A DNA stretch of 46,654 nt, taken from contig JAHBMJ010000470.1 in assembly GCA_018398765.1 (NCBI GenBank), positions 1-46,654 of the forward strand. The letters run 5' to 3'. Source of the stretch: Chromera velia (Eukaryota). This document shows, piece after piece, positions 1-12,803 of this stretch; positions within the stretch are counted from its first letter, which is position 1, and every line of letters begins with the position of its first letter. Both the position numbers and the translations under genes were made by a program. Under the pieces are notes generated by a model. It was not told the origin of the DNA. It saw nothing but the letters and a program-made list of their open reading frames with translations, and searched no databases.

Positions 1-32
1 TTTCTTTCTTTCTTTCTTTCTTTCTTTCTTTC
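1..32. repeat. (TTTC)n microsatellite
   Basis: Direct reading of the sequence. Confidence 0.95.
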
Positions 33-452
33 GGCTTTCCTGTCCTCCCGTATGCCGCTCCTTGTTCTTTCTTCTGTCTGCCGTTTGTTCTCTTCCCGTC
101 CTTTCTGATTGTATGACCATCTTTCGTGTGGAATTGTTTGCTCCCGTAAGATTCGCACATTTCCCCCCCTCCTTTTCTGTCTTGGTTGGTCCGCTGTTTG
201 TCTCTTTGTGGTGGTGGTGATGATGCGAAGGCAAAACAAGAGAGACTGAAAGGGGGAGGATGGAGAAGTCGCAACCCCGCGGCCCATGGGAGAACCTCAC
301 CCGCAATCCAACAAAACAGGTCTGCTCTCTTCGGAGGGGGACGCCGGGGGCGTTCTGTGCTTGCGTCAGGGGGGGGGGGAGGAGAGGTTGTCCCTGTTTG
401 GAACAGTTACAGACCTGATTACTCTCAGCAGCCCACCTTCGGTTTTCGTCGG

Positions 453-2339
453 ATGATTTTGAGGGCCGTCTCTCTGCTGGTCACGTGGTTCCGTCTCCTC
501 GCGTCTCCTTCTTTGTTGCGTTCGCTGGTCGATTGTTCTTTCCGTCCTTGGCGCGTTTTGGTCCTCTCCGGTCCTTCGGGTGCCGGGAAGTCGCGTCTGG
601 CCGTTCGTCTGGCCAGGCGGCTCCAAGAGGAGACGGGGATGCAGTCCGCAGTCCTCTCGTCAGATGCAGTCCAGGTCAGGGAGGGAGTTACGCAGCCAGG
701 CAGAGAAGCACTTTCTCTCTCAATGAATTGGGATGAAAGCAGATCGCAATCCACGGAGGCAACAAAGCAGAAGGAAAGCTGAAATATGTGCCAGGCAGAT
801 TGAGTCTTGCGTCTCTGGCTTTCTCTCTGCATGCGCGCGCATGTCTAAGCCCTTTTTCCGCTTTCCTTTTACCACTTACCTCGGTATGTTCTGCAGGCGT
901 TGAGTTTAATGCATTGGCAGCTGTGTGTGTACGTGTCTGTGTGGGTGTATTTTTGTTTGTTTGTTTGTTTGTTTCTTTGTTTGTGCCTCTATCTGCAGGT
1001 GTACTCAGGCCTGGATGTAGGGTCTGACAAGATCGGAGAGGGTGATCGGGAAGGGGTCCCTCATTGTCTGATGGACTTGCTGAGGGTGGGGGAGGGGAAT
1101 TTCGCTGTCTCTGATTTCAGAGAGCGTGCGTGTGAGGAGATGAGTCGTTTGTTGTCTGAGGGTGCGAACGTTGTGGTGGTTGGTGGTTCGTCTTTCTACT
1201 TGAATGCGTTGCTGAATGGGGGGGTGGAGGGTCCGGAGGAGGACCCAAAATTCCGAGAGCAGATGGAGAGGCGGTGTGACAAAGAGGGAGTTGAAGTTTT
1301 GTATGAGGAGCTGCAGAGACGAGATCCTGAATATGCGAGGGGTATTGGAAAGACAGACAAGTTTCGGATCATACGGGCGTTGGAAAAATTGGAAGGGGGG
1401 GGCGGGAAGACAATGGGTGATTTTCGAGTGAGCAGCCGTCTTCGGTCTCCCAATATTTTCGAACGGTGGCTTTACTTTGATCCCAAAAGCGGCCAGGACG
1501 TCAAAAAAGCAAAGAGGAAAGAAGCCAAAAAGCAGCAGCAGGAGCAAAGGCAAAAGAAAAAGAATAACAAGCTTGGAAAACAGACCCAAAGAGAGAGTGT
1601 AAAGAAAAATCTGAGGCGTTTCGTCTTGAGAAAAAAAGAGGGAGTCCGGATATTTCTCAGGGAGGTCTACGATGCGCTTGCCGTCTCCTCTGCTCTCCAG
1701 ATGCCCTGCTTAGTTGCGCTGCCGACAATTGAATCAGCCCACAGAAAGAAGAGCCATACCGATCTGAGTTGCCCTCCCTCCGAGTCTGTTCGGAATGTTG
1801 CAGTCGATTTTCGTTGCTGGTTTGCCGTCAGGCCGAGAGAGGAGCTCCAAGAGAGAGTAGCGTTACGGGCCCACGAGATGGTTTTCGAGAAGGGGTTAAT
1901 AGAGGAGACGTTGAGAGAGAACAAAGGGGGGGCCTTGGAAAGGAACAGATCGGCTTCCAAAGCTTTGGGGTATCGGCAGACGTTAGAGTTACTTCGAGGG
2001 AGGGCGGGGAGAGGGGAGGGTTCTGTGGATGTGAGTGATGCAGAGAAGAGAGAGCTTGTGGAGAAGATCCGGTCGGGGACGATGCGACTGATTCGACAGC
2101 AGATGACCTGGCACAAAAAAGAGAGAAGGTTCCGTTGGATTGATCTCTCCCCTTCTCCTTCTTCTTCTTCTGTTGGCACAGAGGGGAAGAAAGAGGAGGG
2201 AGAGTTTAAGTTGTGTGAAAAGAAAGAGGAAGCTGCGGTAGAGGCAGAGGAATTGATATTCACAGATTTCCTCTCAAGGCCGTGGTGGGGTCTGCACAAG
2301 GAGTCGTGTTTCCACCCGAGTGCTTATTGGTATGCGTGA
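453..2339 (+). CDS. miaA: tRNA dimethylallyltransferase (bacterial/organellar type), spliced: 453..674, 999..2339 (possible further intron within ~1428..1803)
   Basis: P-loop VLSGPSGAGKS; SDAVQ|VYSGLDVGSDK joined in frame across a GT(675)..AG(998) intron; further motifs VPHCLMDL, VVVVGGSSFYLNAL, DPEYARGI..DKFRIIRALE, KALGYRQ, RLIRQQMTWH. The start ATG at 453 is inferred and gives a hydrophobic N-terminal extension. Confidence 0.9.
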
Positions 2340-4235
2340 GTGATCAGAGGGGAAAGTAAGAAAAGAAAAGGACAGGGGAAAGGAATATGAGGGAGGGGCT
2401 TTCGAAGAAGTGCCCTTGTTGAATCGAATTGCCGTTGAAGGGAGGGAGAGGGTCCCTTGCCATTCTGAAAAAAGTCCATCAGTGTGTCTGTCTGTCTGAA
2501 TCGCTCAATACGAGAGGGGAGGGAGGGAGAGGAAAGAGGGAAAGTCCGAGAGAGTGAGTCGTTTGGAACCGTTAGACAAAAGAGCAAGCAAGCACCCATT
2601 CCTTTCCTTCCCACGCCCGCTTCTCCCCCCCCCGCGCGGACACTGAAGGAAGTGATTGTAGTCATCCCCACCAGCACCCCCAAACAGCTTATACAAGGAG
2701 GAGGAGGAGAAGAGAGGAAGCGAAGTCCGTTTTTGGAGGGAGGTTCAGCGTTGAGTTGAACTTTGCCGGCATGAGCCCCTCTGTCTGTGTCTTCTCTCTC
2801 TCCTCGATCTATCCAGCTCTCTTGATTACAAGGAAGGCCTCTGTGGATCCTGGTCTTCCTTGCATGCGTTTCTGTTCCTGCTAAATTGAATCTGTCTGGC
2901 GAACCCTTGTGGCTCCTTTCTCTCTTCCCTTCGTCCTTTGTTCTCGTTTGGTGGCTTTCCCCTTTTGACTTCATCAAGAAGGCCTAGGGTGGGAAAGGAG
3001 GGGGCACGGGAGTGGGTCAAAAGAATCTGAGAGGGGGGGGCGGGGGGGAAGAGACAGAAACAACAAACAAAAAATCCCTTGAGGGAGGAAAACGAAAGCA
3101 GGAGCTGGAATGTGTGTTCTTTCCAGCGGTCTGCGTGGGGTGGTTGAAGCGGCAAGAGAAAGAAAGGAAGGGCCCGTCAGGCAGATTCGTGCACGGACGG
3201 AAAAGAAGAGAAAGGCAGAGCGTCCCTCCGGACTGCACCACTTCTGTCCTGTCTTCTCCCTGCCTGCCTGGTCACCCAAAGAAACCAACTTTGTCCTCGC
3301 CTCGTGCATCGATGTGCCTCTGACCCATCCAACCCACACACCTATGCACCCCCCCCCTTGCCTACCCAGCGCCCATGCACCCACCCACCTACCCGCGTGC
3401 AGCAAGAACGAGAGGAGTGGTTCAACGAGACCATGAGGAGACGGAATGCGTGCGTCAGTAGACTGACAGACAGACAGACAGACAGACAGAAATGCTGGCT
3501 GGCAACGTTTCTTTCTCGTGTTTCTTCGCCCCAATTCTTGTTTTTTTGCCTTCTGGAAAACATAGAGAAACGGATAGATACAATGTGTTTTGTTCGGCTT
3601 TGCTGCCTTACAGAGTGTCTTCTCTTGTCTCTCTCTCCGTCGGTCCCACCTCTTTTTTCCCTTCTTGTTTTGCTCTGCTCGTGTTTCTTCCTGTACCAAT
3701 GCTCGCTTCCCCATGTCGGCTCTCTTTTTGTGCTCTGTGTCTGAGTGCAGGTCTATGCCTGATGTTTTGGTACGACAAGTGAAAGGTGCGTTGCTGCATT
3801 GTTTGTTCGTTGGTGTGAGATGGCTGGGTGACAGAGTGACTGGCTGCTTGTTTGGTCGGTCGCTCGGGCTGTTGCCGAGTGAGTCTCTTTCATTCTTTGA
3901 TCTCATCTTACTCGCTCGTCCGGACCCTCCCTCACTCTCTTGCTCTCTCACTAAGCTCACTCACGCTCTCACTGAATTTTGTTCGTTTGTTCGTTCGTGG
4001 ATGCGGTCAGATTCCTTCAGAAACAAATGGGACACTTACTGTGTGTGTGGATGCCTCTACACGCAGCGTGCGTCACTTCATTCGCGTCAGAGCGCAAATG
4101 GCCCTTTCGTTTCATTGAATGCGCATGGGAGGAAGCCATTGGGGAGACTTCATGTGTAGTTTGTTGTGTGTGCTTACAATGGGGATTTTCATAAACAGGC
4201 TCTGTATTTGTTTATTTTGCTGTGTGTGCTTACAG

Positions 4236-5005
4236 TGGGAAAGCTTCCGGTGATTGCCGTAGTGGGAAGGCCTAACGTTGGAAAGTCGACGTTGTTCAAT
4301 CGGATCTCCGAGCAAAATAGGGGGGGGGCAATCGTGGATGACTTTCCGGGTGTGACAAGGGACAGAACTTACAGGGCCTGTAGGTGGAATGGGTACAACT
4401 TTCGGTCGGTCGGTCGATCGTTTGGTTTTTCTCTTCTTTCTTTTTTTGGCGTCGTTTTCATCTGGCACAAGAAAGGAGAAAGAGCAGAAGAACAAGAAGG
4501 TTGTTCTATTCTTATTCTGTTCGAGAGAGGGAGGGGCCACATGTTGTCTGTGCTCTTTCTCTTAAATGCTTCTGTCTTTTCATTTCGTTCTCTCTTCTCC
4601 CACGTTCACAATGTCTCCGCTGGTTGGCACAGCTCAAGGGGAGGAGGCTGCCCGGATGTATGTGAGGGAAGGCAGCAGAAGGCTGCAATTTGATTTGATT
4701 TGGTCGGAGTGGAGGGGGGTGACTCTTCTGAAAAGACGAGACAAAAGGTAACAAGAGGAGAGGAGCCCATCCTTTCTGTGCAGCCCGGTTGTAGTGTCGA
4801 GGGATTGATTGTAAGTGCACCACAGGCAACGAATAAATCCCTTTGAACTGAACGTGATGGATGAAAAACAATGCAGAGCGGTGGACACCGGAGGCCTTGT
4901 GTTTGAAGACGAACCAGGGCTTGTGTTCATGGATGAGGTCAGTCAGTCAGTTAGGGAGGCAGTCTTTGCTTCTTCTTCTTCTTCGCAATCTTCTTCTTCT
5001 TCTTC

Positions 5006-5037
<32 letters not shown>

Positions 5038-8000
5038 CTTTCTTATTCTTCTCGGCTTTGCTTTTGGCTCGTTCGTTTCTGAGGATTCTCTGGTATGTCA
5101 TCCGTTTTTCTTTTCTTTGCGTTCATCGATTGCTTTCGTCCTTCGATCGATCGACCAGTGGGTTTGCTTGCTTGCAGATCAGGCAACAAGTCCTTCTCGC
5201 TCTGGAAGAGTCCAAAGCGGCAATTTTTGTAGTCGACGGGCGGGGGCCTCCCACGTTGTTGGATGAGGAGATCGCGTCGTTTCTTCGGAAGATGAAGACT
5301 CAGAAGGGACTTCAGGTGGGTAGGGAATAGTCTCTGCTTCCTTTTCTGGTTTGTGTGTTTTCCCTTTCTTCCGTCAGTCTGTCTGCCGGTTTTTCTTTTC
5401 GATTTTTTCCCTCTCTCCATCTCTGTCTCTCCTACCACCCGTATTTATTTGTTTTCGCCTTCTGGCCTTTGATTCGCCCCTCCCCGTCTTCTTCTTCTTC
5501 GTCCGTTGTGGTTTTTGACTCGTCTTGTGTACCCACTCATTTTCTTGATGCTCGGCTTGGCTGAAATCAAAAACAAAACCGTCAAAGGATCGGGTGCACC
5601 CGCCTTTGCAAAAGTTTTTTTTTGTTGTTCTGCTCATTTGGTTTCACTCCCATCGCGGAATGTTTGTGTTCCCTTTCAGGTCATCCTTGCGGTGAACAAA
5701 TGTGAAAGTCATCTGCGAGGAAACGACCACGTGCATGTGAGTGAAGTGAGAAAGAAAGAGCTTTGGTTTTCTTTGCACTTGCATGCATGGAAGAGGGGAT
5801 GAAGAGAAGAGAAGGGATTTTTTGGTTGCTCTCTGTTGGATCTGCTGCTTTCCTTCTCCTGTACGCTTTGTTTCTTCCGTCCTATTGTCTTCCGTGGTTG
5901 GTCGGGAAGCCCAAAAGAGAGGGTAACAACAACACGATGTTTTCGGCAGTCTGAAGAAGAGGCCTGCTTCTGTGGGTCGTCATGGGTTTAATGTTCGTTC
6001 CTCTTTCTTGAACATTTCTTCCTTGCTTGCTGATTCCTTCCTTCCTCGATCTTTCTTTTCTGTTCTCCTTCCTGGTTGTTGCTGTGGCTTTGCCTTTTTG
6101 TTTTCTTCTCTTTCCTTCCGTTGCGTTCCGGTGGGAGTTCTCCCTGGACGTTGCCTTCCTTCTAAAAGACTGTCTGTCTATCTTTTCGTGGTCTGTTGGT
6201 CGCTCTGCTGGGTTGCCAAATGGATCCTGGATGGATGGATGGATGTGTGTTGTGTTCGTTGGGTCCCTCCCTCCCTCCCTCCCTGCCTGCCTCTCTGCAG
6301 GATTATTGGAGTTTGGGTTTGGGGACTCCGACCCCTGTGTCCGGTCTGACGGGCAGCGGGGTCGGTGACGTTTTGGATCTGGCCACAGAGAGGCTCGACT
6401 GGGTTCCTGATAATGAGGTGATGGAGGCAGAAGACGTGAACGTGGCCATCATAGGTCGGTGTGGGGGGGGAGGGGGGGGTATGTGCTCTTTGGCCTGACG
6501 GGGGGAGCTGGTCAAATCCGCACGATTGCGCTTGTTTGCTGCTCTCCTGCCTTTTCAATGCTTTTTTCTGTCTCAATGCCTGGAGTCCGACGAGAGTTCC
6601 TGGTAGAGCTTTCTCTTTCAGTGTCATGCAACACATGTCGACTACTAATGTCCACTTTCAGCTTGTCAATCAACCACCTTCTTTCTCTGCGTGTGTGCAG
6701 GAAAACCCAATGTCGGAAAGTCCTCTCTCCTGAATCGGTCTGTCTGTTTGCCTGCCTGCACTGTCTTTATCTCAATTTCTATCCCTCCCTGCTTCTCTCC
6801 ACCCACCTCTCGGTTTCCAATTCGATTACTGCTGCAATACTTCTCTCCGGGGGGCGTTCTGCTGTCTTCGCCCGTCTACTGTGACGGCCTCTTCGCGGCC
6901 CTCTTCTTTTCTCTTCTTCTATAGCGAATGAATCGACAAACACTCTTCCATGAATGCCACTCATTTCGTTCGCTTTTAGAGCCAGCTGTTGGTTGTCTGC
7001 TCGCTATTTGACAGGTTCATGGGAGAACAGAGGGCGATTGTGAGTGACGTGGCGGGAACGACGCGGGATGCCGTGGACTGTCTGCTTGAACGGAGTCAGT
7101 GGCAGGGAGGGAAGCAAGGAAGAGGCGGGAGAAAGGGACGGTCCCTCTTGCCCTGGGTTGAATGAAGCCTGGCGCTGTTGCTGTCTTCCTTGCGTCCATG
7201 CTCACGTCCTTTGATGCAGTGATCCACTCACGCACTGCTCCTCTGCCACAGTCACTCACACACTCACTCATCTACCCTTTGCGCCACACAATCCGCTACC
7301 CAATGCCTGACTCAGTCTCTCGCACCACGAGAGTGCCTTCCTTCCTGCTGCCTTTTCTTTCTATCCGGTATTTTCCCATCCATGCAGCCATCCAAAACCT
7401 ACCGTCTGTCTGTCAGTCCGCTTCGGTCTGTACCCACAGTCAACCGCTGCTTGGCTGCTGTTTGCGTCTATTTCTTATTTTTGCTTGCTCTTTCTTCTCT
7501 TTGCAGAGAACAGCACGTACAGACTAGTCGACACAGCAGGCGTTCGAAAGAAGCAAAAAGTCGCGACGTCGGAAGACCAGGCAGAATGGCTCATGGTCAA
7601 CAGAGCAGTCAAGGTCGGTCTGTCTGTCTACCTGAATTCGTTCGGTTGCTTTTGATTGTATGTAAGTAGTTTGTGGGGTTTCCTGTTGTTATGGAGGGCT
7701 TTGGATCTGAAAAATGGACCTGGAGGCAAGGCTCTTCTCGACTGGTGCCTTTGAGCATCTTTCTCTCGCTCTCGTTGTCCCACTTCCATCCCCTCTTTCC
7801 CGATGTGTTTGTCTTTCTGTCCGAGACAGATGTGTCGTCTGCCAAGAATGTGTCTCTGTGTTTGTTCGTTTGTGGACTCATGAAAGCAGGTGCCCCTTTT
7901 TGTGTGCGTGCGGCTGTCTGTCTCTTTCTCCGTTTCAAAATATCTATCATGGATGCCCCCTCGATCCATTTGCTTCCTTCGTGCCCCCACTCGAACGGGA

Positions 8001-9921
8001 ACGAGCGTGCAGGCAATCAAACGTGCGGACGTCTGCCTGTTGGTCCTCGATGTGGTCGCGGGCATTTCGGATCAGGTCGGGGGGNGGGGGGGGGGGGAGA
8101 AGAGATTTCTTTCTGTCGGGGGTCGGGTAGGGGACGCATGAAAAGTGTTTTGTCTTCCACTTGCCAATGTGAGTGAGTATGCAACGCAGAGAAATTTGTC
8201 TGGCAATTAGACGGATGGGGCAGAGCTTCGTTTTCTTTTTTTCTTCCAATGGTAGTGAGCGTTCTAGTGTATGGAGTAAAACGAAACTTGGGAAGGCGGG
8301 GGAGAGGCAAGGAGGCCTCTCTCTTTCTGCGCTCTTTCCTCTTCCCATTTGACTTATTAGTCTCTCCTTGTTTTCTTTAATGAACCGGTTGTTGTCTGCC
8401 TGCCTGACTGCAGGACAAGGAACTGGCAGACAAAATTTTGGATATGGGGAAGGCCTGCGTTGTGGTGTGCAACAAATGGGACGCAGTGGATAAGGACGAG
8501 ACCACGTATGAGAAGGTGGGTAGGTGTGGGCAGAGGGAGAGAATGAAGATACTGATACCCATCTGTCTGGCAAGACTCGCCATGAGAATTCTGAGCCACA
8601 GGCGGGCGGCTGCCTGGGCTGAGAAAGAGACGGCGAATGAAAAGAACTCCTTTCTCGCAGGGCTTTAGGCAGGCAGGCAGGCATCTCTTGTCATCGAACA
8701 TTCAATCAATGGCGCAGAAATTGCAGAAAAAAAAGAACAACATCGTATTACGCTTTGCAATCGCGGAGAACGGAAGGGGGCAATTGTTCTGACACATCTT
8801 TTGTGCGTGTGTTTTTCGTTCATACAGCTGTGTGTTTAATTGTGCGTGCAGGCGGTCTCATATGTGAAGGCGATGATTCCTCACATCAAATTCTGCAAGG
8901 TCGGTTGGTCGGTCGGTGACTTGCTTATTCTTTCGTCCTCTATTTTTCGCTTTCTCTCTTTCTGACCATTTTCTGTTCTTCTTCTGATAATTGCGGTGGC
9001 CCTCTCTCACACACAGGACCTGCGGTGTTTTCAACTGGGAGCATGCTTGAAAAAGTGTAAGTGCATTTGTGCGCGCGTGTGTGTGTGTGTGCAGGTTCTT
9101 TTCTGTTCTGCCAAGACAGGACAAAGACTCCCCCAAATCTTTCAGGCAGTCGACGCGGCTGTTGAAGAAGTGAGCAAAGCGAGCGGGGCGGGGGGGGGGG
9201 GGTTAGTCGTTTTGCCTGACTGCCCTTTCGGCTGTATGGTTTTTCGTGAACGGTGCAGAAAGAAAAAGGGGAAAATTGTGATGCCGAATCGTCCATTACT
9301 GTTTTCTACGCTGCATTCTCTTCTGACGCCGAAACTTTTAGTGGGTCGAACGGAAAGCTGGATTGTTTGCTTCTCTCTCTCTCTCCCTCTGCCTCTCTCT
9401 GCGTGTTCGTGGAGGCCTGATTGTGTGTGTGGCTCTTTTCCATCTGTCTCTGCCCTCTTTTCTTTCTTTTGTTTCTTTTGTCTTCGCTAAGCAGCACCGC
9501 CGCCGAGTTCCCACCCACCTTGTGAATGAGGTCGTGAGGGAGACCGTCCAACTGCACCCTCCGCCCGTGATCAAGGGGAAACAGGTAAGGAACTACGCGA
9601 GGGAGATCAGAGAACAGAGAGCGCCCTCCTGGAAAACGGGTGTCAGAAAGAACAACTGGACATTTTTTTGTCTTTGAGGGGGCTGGAATATGGACAGGTA
9701 GACAGACGAAAAAGCCTGGCTGCAGATCTTTTAGTCACACGCAAACACAGCGGGCCAGCAAGTCCTTCGCGTGTCTCTTTTGATGCCTTTAGACAGACCG
9801 CATCTGTGCACACAGACAGACCAGACAAAATGGAATAGATGAAACAGACGCACGCGAGACGAGAAGATGAGGGGACCATCGGAGATGCAGGCAGGCAGAA
9901 AGGAGCGGNNNNNNNNNNNNN

Positions 9922-9981
<60 letters not shown>

Positions 9982-10572
9982 GGAAAAATCTACCTGGCAC
10001 AGCAGGTCAGTTGAATGAAGCGTGTTGCGTTCTTCTAGTGTTCCTTGTCTCCTTGCCCTTGCGTCCTTCTTCCTTCCCTTTCCCCGTTCGCTGTCCTTCT
10101 TTCTGTTTGACTTGACGGTCCTCTGACATAGGATGCCCCTGTTTGTTCGCTGGAAACTCGTGTCATTTGTGTTTTGACTTTTATCCTGCAAATGATTCCT
10201 TCCTTGTGGTGCAGGTCGGCTGCCGTCCCCCCACCTTCACCCTGTTCTGCAACCAAGGAGGCTTGTTCGCGGAGCCCTATCGGAAATATCTGGAACGCAA
10301 AATGAGGTCAGTGGCTAGGCAAGTGAGAGTGAGTGCATCCATCCATCTGTGGGAATGGTCGCTCCTCTCTAGATCCAGAGGGAAGGTGGAGGACAAAGAG
10401 GAAAACTCCAGGCGGCAACGTTCACTCTAGCGATCACTTCCCGTCCTCGTTTGTCTTTTTTGTAAAAAATGAAGATGCCAGCGGCAATCAACTGTTCTCT
10501 CTCGTTCGCATCTTGTTGCCGTCTTGTCTTCCCACTGCACCTGAGTGTCTTGTCTGTGCCCGTCTCTTCATG

Positions 10573-10609
<37 letters not shown>

Positions 10610-11739
10610 TGTGCAGAGACGCCTTCGGATTCGAAGGAACTCCTGTGCGGTGGCTGTTCAGAGGGAAGAAGGCAAGAGGTCTGTTTGTCTGTTTTTTCCT
10701 TTGCATCTCGCTCTTCAGTCTGTGTTGTCTTGGTTCGATTTTCTCCGAAAGGATGGATTGTCAGAAGATCCACACCAAGAATATGTGCACGGAGAGGATC
10801 TTCATCTTTGGAGTAATTCTTTACTCCGACGTTCTTTCCTTCCTTCTCAAGCTTTTGCGCACTGCCTCATGCCTTTGTTTTTGCCTGACTCGGTTTGTTT
10901 CTTCTGCTCTTTTTCATCCTCCATCCCTTACTTTCCTTCTGTCTCGTGCTTTCTTCTTTCCTTTCCTTTTTATTCCTGGACGTACAAAAAAAGTGTATGA
11001 ACCGCTGTTTGGAAAGCATTTCTCCATAAATGGATAGATGTGAGACATTGATGAGAGGGTGGAATTCTCACTCGATTGAAAAGAGTCTCGATGTCTTGTC
11101 TAATCTTATCAAGCTCTGTCCCTCTTTCCCCCCCTCTCTTTTGTGTGTGTCTTTGTCTGTCGGCCTCGTTGCTCGTCGCTCGGACGTCTCCGTGCAGACT
11201 TTGAGGGCAAATTGGTCAGTGAGTAAACCAGACAATCAAGCAGACGGGTAGAGAGACAGTCTCTCCTTCTCGGGTAATCATTCTGGCGGGCTTCCTTCTT
11301 CCGTCTGTACATGCACTGACCTGTCTGTCTCACGTGTCTGCTTCCATGTCTGGTGCTCTTTTGTTTTTTTGTTCCTCGATTTTTTTTTGTTTCATGCAGG
11401 TTTCTCTTCTTTTCTTTTCTCATGCTTTGGCGCTCATTTCTCCCCTCTTCTACGGACACCGTCATGTTTGGTTTTTTGGATCATGTAGTCCTGCTCAAAC
11501 TGGTTGCAGCGCTTGTGTTTGTGTTCCTTCTTCCTGTTTTGCATTGATGAATCGTTCCAATGATGAATCTGCAGGGATCCACAAGCGGGCGTCGGGAACC
11601 GGTGAAAGCGGCAGTAGCTGCCCGTCGAAAGAGCCGGTCGGATAAAGAGAAGCAAGAGAGGAGTCTTGAGAGGCAGGCTGAAATAGAGGAAGAAGAAAGG
11701 ACAAGCCCGGACAGAATCGGGGGTCTCGCCTTCATGTGA
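4236..11739 (+). CDS. der: Ribosome biogenesis GTPase Der/EngA, 5' end unresolved. Exons 4236-4404, 4877-4937, 5178-5315, 5680-5736, 6301-6454, 6701-6737, 7015-7094, 7507-7613, 8013-8075, 8414-8515, 8852-8899, 9095-9169, 9495-9584, 9982-10005, 10215-10306, 10617-10678, 11198-11214, 11575-11739; candidate upstream exon 4011-4040
   Basis: Two tandem G domains: [26 protein letters not shown] and [31 protein letters not shown]-like C-terminus follows ([35 protein letters not shown]). All junctions are GT-AG and phase-consistent; the last two exons are less certain. Confidence 0.92.
4969..5041. repeat. (CTT)n microsatellite in der intron
   Basis: Direct reading; slightly interrupted. Confidence 0.95.
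9922..9978. repeat. (GT)n microsatellite next to an assembly gap (N 9909-9921), directly before a 3' splice site
   Basis: Direct reading of the sequence. Confidence 0.95.
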
Positions 11740-11779
11740 GTGCGGTGTTGATCGAAATACATCGAAACATGCACAGCAT

Positions 11780-12330
11780 AAATTAATCTAGAAATTAAAT
11801 CTTATGATTCTTTCAATTAAAGATTCATACTCTATATTAAAGGTAAAAAGGCGTTTAATTCGTAGCTTTTTTTTTAAGAATATGCATTACCGCTTTGATT
11901 CTAATTAATTATTAAGTTTTTTTCATTTAAACTCTATATAATAAATTAATAATTCTGTTTAATAAAAACAAAACACTAAACTATATACACGCTATTAGTA
12001 TTATTATTGAAGTTAGTTTTAAAAATTAAAACATCAATTCGAACCGATTCGAACTTTTCAATCATATAATATCAAAATTTAAAAAGTTTCTTTAAAAGTT
12101 AAGGTTTAATTATGATATCCATTTTAAAATCATGTTTTACTATAGCTTATAAAAAATTAAAAATTTGCTGCTATTTTTTTTTTTTAAGAATCCAGCTAGA
12201 AGTCCAGCTTCCTAACTTGATATGCACTTGCTTGTAGACTTGCTTAATCGTTGATACAAATTCATGTTTAGAAAGTTTTAGAGCAAGTTTTTTCAACACG
12301 TACTAGTTTTAACATACTGTGGCCCATCAA
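11780..12330. other. AT-rich intergenic island between convergent der and LRR genes
   Basis: Abrupt compositional shift; essentially no ORF of 60 aa or more in any frame; poly-T-AAGAAT occurs twice. Confidence 0.8.
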
Positions 12331-12803
12331 TACAAGTTAGAAATGAGTCTATTCGTTCTGTTAATGAACGGATTCCATTGATGTGACATGATGTGACTAG
12401 TGATGTGATGTTTGGAAAGAAGCAACAAAGGAATAAAACATGTATGCAGATGCATTTTCACCATACCATTGAATCCAGGACGAGTCCAAACCCGACCAAA
12501 CATTTCCTTTGCCATATACACTTGTTGCACACAATTAAGGAAACCTAGAGACTGCAAACAAAAAAAGAGACAGAGAGACTCTTTGAGACAGGCAATGCCA
12601 ACACACAGGGACACAGGCGTGCAGGGAGACGTATCCATGTACACCGGTCAGTGGGTCATGAAGACCTCGTGCCTTCCCTTCTTTCTTTCGCACACAAATA
12701 GTACTCCCTTTCCCCAGCTCCACTTTTCCTCAAATTCTCTTCTGGAGCATCGCCCAGGTTTAAATTTCTCTTTCTCCCTCCGGGCTGAGCGGGCCTCACC
12801 CAC

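Noticed and set aside
2324..3960. Long minus-strand ORFs (217 aa, 328 aa) and the 5' exons of der
   Set aside because: No recognisable motifs and low-complexity composition. I could not build a phase-consistent der N-terminus here, so it is left unannotated.
453..11739. Bacterial operon or contaminant (miaA-der)
   Set aside because: Both genes are split by spliceosomal introns with eukaryotic microsatellites.
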